The notes beneath the pieces were generated by a model. The model did no database searches, had not been told where the DNA came from, and worked only from the letters and a program-made list of their open reading frames with translations. A stretch of 64,000 nucleotides of DNA, taken from NCBI GenBank assembly GCA_963835065.1, contig CAWIEK010000049.1, positions 704,001 through 768,000 of the forward strand. Direction: 5' to 3'. The position numbers and the translations under genes were made by a program. Numbering within the stretch: the stretch's first letter is position 1; each line of letters starts with the position of its first letter. This DNA is from an uncultured Chthonomonadaceae bacterium. GTDB taxonomy: Bacteria > Armatimonadota > Chthonomonadetes > Chthonomonadales > Chthonomonadaceae. Shown one piece after another: positions 59,919 to 64,000 of the stretch.

Positions 59919-60953
59919 ATGAAGGCTCCTTTATCCAATCCGCCGCTGACGAATGAAATGCCGCCTGTGGCGCATGGCGAACCAACCCATGCCCTTGTAA
60001 CTCCCGCGCCTGTAAATGCTGTGCCTGTAAATGCCGTGACTGGATACTCTTCTGCGCGTCTGCTTCCCGCTATGGTGAAAGCCATGCGACTGAAGCAGGC
60101 TCCCAAAAATTTGTTTGTGTTCGCCGCATTGGTGTTTGCGGGCAAACTGTTTAACGGGCACATGCTTGCTCTGACGGTTGCCGCGTTCGCGCTGTTTACC
60201 CTTGCGGCGGGCAGCGTTTACCTGTTCAACGACATTCTGGATGTGGAGCAGGACCGGCAGCACCCTACCAAATGCAGGCGTCCCATCGCCTCCGGCGCGT
60301 TGCCCATCGGCGTTGCATGGGCGGAGTTGGCAGTGCTGGCGGTCGGCAGTTTAAGCGCGGCGTTCTGGCTGCGCCCCGGCTTCGGCTTCGCATTGCTGGC
60401 GTATGTCGCGCTGCAAATCGCGTACTGCCTGAAATTAAAGCATGTTGTTTTGATTGACGTGTTTACGATTGCGATGGGCTTCGTGCTGCGGGCAGTTGCG
60501 GGCGCATTGGTAATTAACGTCAGTTTCTCGCACTGGCTGCTGCTGTGTACGCTCCAGCTCGCGCTGTTTTTAGGGTTCGGCAAGCGTCGGCAGGAGATCG
60601 TTCTGCTTGGCGAAGGCGCGGGCAAGCACCGCGCCAATCTTGACGAGTACAGCAAGCCCCTGCTGGATCAGATCATCAACATCGTGGTCGGCGTCACGAT
60701 TGTCTGCTATTCCGTTTACAGCGTGGAATCCGACACGGCGCACCTGCACCCGCATCTATGGGTCACGGTTCCGATTGTCATCTACGCCCTGTTCCGCTAC
60801 ATGTATTTGGTGTACCAGAAGGGCTGGGGCGGCGCTCCCGACGAAGTGCTGCAAAAAGACCGCGTCCTACAGGCGACAATCGTAGTCTGGTTCCTCGTCG
60901 TGATGCTGATATTCAAGTTCGATACCGGAATGTGGTCGGCGATACAGCGGTAA
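59919..60953 (+). CDS. UbiA-family decaprenyl-phosphate phosphoribosyltransferase-like protein
   Basis: KNLFVF, YLFNDILD.E.DR.HPTK..RPIASG, LKHVVLIDV, GFVLRAVAG, KRRQE. Confidence 0.85.
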   Translation: MKAPLSNPPLTNEMPPVAHGEPTHALVTPAPVNAVPVNAVTGYSSARLLPAMVKAMRLKQAPKNLFVFAALVFAGKLFNGHMLALTVAAFALFTLAAGSVYLFNDILDVEQDRQHPTKCRRPIASGALPIGVAWAELAVLAVGSLSAAFWLRPGFGFALLAYVALQIAYCLKLKHVVLIDVFTIAMGFVLRAVAGALVINVSFSHWLLLCTLQLALFLGFGKRRQEIVLLGEGAGKHRANLDEYSKPLLDQIINIVVGVTIVCYSVYSVESDTAHLHPHLWVTVPIVIYALFRYMYLVYQKGWGGAPDEVLQKDRVLQATIVVWFLVVMLIFKFDTGMWSAIQR

Positions 60954-61069
60954 ATGATGAGTGATGAGTGATGAATGATGAATAGAAGAAACAGAGGCGG
61001 CTTTGCGCGTTGAACGATAAAGCATCCAGCAGTATTTACTCATCATTCATCATTCATCACTCATCATTT
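60952..61069. repeat. Inverted pair of TGATGA(G/A) heptamer arms
   Basis: 60952-60984 vs 61037-61069. Begins in the stop codon. Confidence 0.9.
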
Positions 61070-61083
61070 CCTCGGAGGTTGCT

Positions 61084-61974
61084 ATGCGCGTATTGGTGAC
61101 GGGGGCGAACGGCATGTTGGGCACGGACTTGTGCGCCATGCTCGAAGCGGGCGGGCATGACGTGGTGCGCACGGATGTGGGGGCGCGGGAAAACGTTCCT
61201 GTCGGCTCGTGGGAAGCTTTGGATATTACGCATCCGCAAAATGTGGCCGATGTGATTTTGAAGCATCAGCCGGATGCCGTTGTCCATACCGCCGCGTATA
61301 CGGACGTGGACGGCTGCGAACGCGACCCGGACAAGGCGTACCTGCTCAACGCGCAAGGCACGTGGAATGTGGCGGCGGTGTGCGGTTCGCACAACATCAC
61401 CTTAGCGTATGTCAGCACCGATTTTGTTTTTGACGGCACAAAAACAACGCCGTACACCGAATTCGATAGCGTCAATCCGCTCAGTCATTACGGCGCGTCG
61501 AAGTTGGCCGGGGAAAAACTCGTTGCCCAACTATGCCGCAAACACTACATTGTGCGGACGCAATGGCTGTACGGCGTCCATGGCAAGTGCTTCCCGTCCA
61601 CCATGCTGAACCTGGCGCAAACCCGCAAGGACTTGAAGGTCGTGGTAGATCAAATCGGCAGCCCGACGCATACCGTAGATTTAGCGCGTACCATCATCAT
61701 GCTGCTGCACTCGCCCATGTACGGGATTTACCACGTCGCCAACGCGGGGCAGTGTTCCTGGGCGGAACTGGCGCAGCGCACCTTTGAACTCGCGGGCGTC
61801 GGGCATGTCACGGTTCACCCTGTTCCGGCCAGCGAGTACCCATCGCCGACAAAGCGCCCCGCGTACTCCGTGATGCGCCGATACGCCCTCGAACTGCAAG
61901 GCCGCGACAACCTACCACCCTGGCAGCAATCCCTCGCCGAGTTCATTGCCCTCAAAAAACAGCAAGCGTCCTGA
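61084..61974 (+). CDS. rfbD: dTDP-4-dehydrorhamnose reductase
   Basis: VTGANGMLG, AAYTDVDGCE, STDFVFDG, YGASKLAGE, DQIGSPT. Confidence 0.95.
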   Translation: MRVLVTGANGMLGTDLCAMLEAGGHDVVRTDVGARENVPVGSWEALDITHPQNVADVILKHQPDAVVHTAAYTDVDGCERDPDKAYLLNAQGTWNVAAVCGSHNITLAYVSTDFVFDGTKTTPYTEFDSVNPLSHYGASKLAGEKLVAQLCRKHYIVRTQWLYGVHGKCFPSTMLNLAQTRKDLKVVVDQIGSPTHTVDLARTIIMLLHSPMYGIYHVANAGQCSWAELAQRTFELAGVGHVTVHPVPASEYPSPTKRPAYSVMRRYALELQGRDNLPPWQQSLAEFIALKKQQAS

Positions 61975-62011
61975 CGTACTCTTAAACTGTACGCAGCATA
62001 TACCCTAAGTT

Positions 62012-63002
62012 TCAGGATAAGCGTTGCAGCCATGCTTCCACATCGGCAAGCGTGATATTGCCGAGCAGTTCTTCAGCCAGTACCTCTGCCTCTTTAGGTG
62101 TAAGCTTCTGAACGCGCTGCTGCAACGCAATGGGTACAGGACCAAACTTATGCTGCAACAAGCGTGATACGACCGTCGCTACTCCTTCTTGCAGCCCGGC
62201 CTGGCGGCCTTCTTGCAGTCCTTCTAAACGGCCTTCTAAACGGCCTTCCTCCCTGCCCTGGCGACGGTAACTGCTCATCAGTTCCATACTTTGCTCCTTC
62301 TCCGTTGTGGGCAACGCGGCTACCTGCCGCTGATACCATTGTTCATCGGTTGTATTGAGTCTCAAATACGTTTCCATAAACAGGAAAATCAAGTCTGACT
62401 TTGCCGGATCAAGTTTGAGCGTGAGCAGCAGGCGCAGGCATTGCAGTTTTACCCGCTTCTGGTCGCTCGGCGCAACTTTCATTTTCGTCATCAAGGCTAC
62501 AGCAACCGGGTTGGCCTGCTGCATAAAGCGCCGCCACGGCAGACGGTTGAGTTGAATGGCGCGAAAGCGGAAGTCCAGTACGCGCAAGCCGGGAACGTTC
62601 ACGATGTACTTGTTCGGTTCGGCGCGCTTGGGCGCGTCGAATGACAGGAGCGCGACCGGCAGAATGGGCAAGCCGTACTTCTCGTGCAGCCGGGCAAAGT
62701 AGCGTAAACATGCGCCGCGCGAACTCCGCCTGCGAGGACGCTTGGTTTTCCACATGGATCAGCAGGCATGTTTCCTCGCCTTGCCAGCCTCACTTTGACC
62801 AGCACGTCTACAATGTGTTTTTCGCCGGATTGGATGTCGGTGAAAACTCCTGGCTCAGAAACTCCAGACTGTCCGGCTCCATTTTCGCGCTCACTTCGGG
62901 CAGGAACAGGGCTACGAAATCCACAAAAAACGTCGTCAGCAGCGTCTTGAACAAACGGTCATGATCTATGCTCGGATCCGAGATTCCATTGGTATCACTC
63001 AC
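62012..63002 (-). pseudogene. Rpn/YhgA-like PD-(D/E)XK putative nuclease-transposase with DUF4351-like tail, about three frameshifts
   Basis: HDRLFKTLLTTFF, LIHVENQ, RYFARLHEKYGLPILPV and GREEGRLEG repeats, spread over several frames. Breaks near 62845, 62780 and 62707. Confidence 0.8.
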
Positions 63003-63270
63003 AGTTTTCCACCTTTTCTGCCATCTTCCACTCTCTCCAACGTCCGATGCCAAATTTCAGTATGCCGTTTGATGCGTAGCAGTGTTTCCACACTATGAGA
63101 TATAGTACCTGCGAAACGACAAAACTGCAATGGAGAACGGGCAGCCTTACATTCTTAGCTGCGGATATTGCGAAAAGTGCACAAGATACTCCATTCCCCT
63201 GCCCGAATTCAGGGAAGGGATGGATTTTTCATGAAGAACATGGGAACAACCGCCGAAGTCAGCAAGCATC

Positions 63271-63301
63271 TTTTATCCCTCATCCTTCATCCTTCATCCT
63301 T
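63271..63301. repeat. Unpaired (TCATCCT)n arm just after the fusA stop
   Basis: ttttatccctcatccttcatccttcatcctt. Confidence 0.7.
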
Positions 63302-63306
63302 GCTTT

Positions 63307-64000
63307 TCAGTGTTCCACGTGTTCTTTCTTGTGGCCGGCAATGATGGCCGGCATCAGATGCGCGGGAACTTCCTCGTAGTGCGACAGCGAGGCGGTAAAC
63401 GTGCCGTGTCCGCGCGTTATGGAGCGCAGGTCAATGGCGTAGCGCAGCATCTCGGCCTGTGGAACCGTTGCTTTCAAATGGGTCTTGCCGTGTCCGATGT
63501 TTTCCGTGCCGATTACGCGGCCCCGCTTGCCCGTCAGGTCGGTCATCACCGCGCCCATCATGTTTTCGGGAACGGTCACTTCCAGATTCATAATCGGTTC
63601 TTTCAGGATCGGCCCGGCTTTCAGCGCCACGCTGTTAAACGCCAGAATACCCGCCATGATGAACGCGGCCTCGGACGAATCTACGTCATGGTATGAACCG
63701 TCGTAAACCGTCACTTTCAAGTCTACGGCCGGGTAGCCCGCCTGTATGCCCGTTTGCGCCGCCTGCCGGACGCCCTTTTCCACAGCGGGGATGTATTGGC
63801 GCGGAATGGAGCCGCCGACAATCGCGTCTACGAACTCCACGCCGCCCTCTTTGTTGGGTTCCAGCCGTATCCAGCAGTCGCCGAATTGCCCCCTGCCGCC
63901 CGTCTGCTTTTTGTGCCGCCCCTGCCCTTCCGCTTTCATGGAAATGGTTTCGCGGTAGGGCACTTTGCGGTCTACCACTTCCACGTTCGCGCCGAACTTT
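63307..64000 (-). CDS. fusA: Elongation factor G family protein, C-terminal part (5'-truncated by window edge)
   Basis: VPYRETI, HKKQTGGRGQFG, DGSYHDVDSSE, LKEPIM, LRSITRGHG. Could be an EF-G2-type paralogue. Confidence 0.9.
   Translation of the reverse strand, partial: KFGANVEVVDRKVPYRETISMKAEGQGRHKKQTGGRGQFGDCWIRLEPNKEGGVEFVDAIVGGSIPRQYIPAVEKGVRQAAQTGIQAGYPAVDLKVTVYDGSYHDVDSSEAAFIMAGILAFNSVALKAGPILKEPIMNLEVTVPENMMGAVMTDLTGKRGRVIGTENIGHGKTHLKATVPQAEMLRYAIDLRSITRGHGTFTASLSHYEEVPAHLMPAIIAGHKKEHVEH

Noticed and set aside
9111..61069. Short tandem repeats as a CRISPR array
   Set aside because: Units are 7-9 nt, directly adjacent and without unique spacers. No cas genes are present.
62012..63002. 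Rpn-like gene as the mobiliser of the repeat elements or as an IS
   Set aside because: No terminal inverted repeats or matching arms bracket it, it is frameshifted, and nothing in the sequence links it to the repeats.

Overview
Bacterial chromosomal window with roughly 55 genes. PEP-CTERM, DUF1559/H-X9-DG prepilin-like and BTAD-ATPase-TPR genes suggest an Armatimonadota-like organism (inference). Housekeeping content: a pyrimidine region (pyrC, carA, carB split into two genes), metG/ricT, a sugar ABC permease and binding protein, rex-sirC-hemA-ccsA, rsmI, a surface-polysaccharide cluster (sugar transferase, GT2, galE, rfbACBD, rfaE2, UbiA-type phosphoribosyltransferase) and a partial fusA. 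There is also an uncharacterised ferritin-like/PEP-CTERM/DUF4331/TPR/Ni-Co transporter module. Three features stand out. (1) A pervasive modular family of inverted-repeat elements built from 7-9-nt tandem units sits at many gene junctions, brackets a PARG-like gene, and is translated in-frame inside CarB, MetRS, HemA and two other proteins. (2) carB is cut at its internal domain linker, with two paralogous membrane/coiled-coil genes and two such palindromes in the gap. (3) A ~155-bp element occurs twice, each copy with an ECF-type promoter, a strong SD, a frame-conserved 8-9-codon micro-ORF and a conserved structured 3' part, making it a candidate sRNA/micropeptide. Several genes carry single-base frameshifts that may be assembly errors. 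No rRNA, tRNA or CRISPR array was recognised. All product calls are from motif recognition by eye, without database searches.
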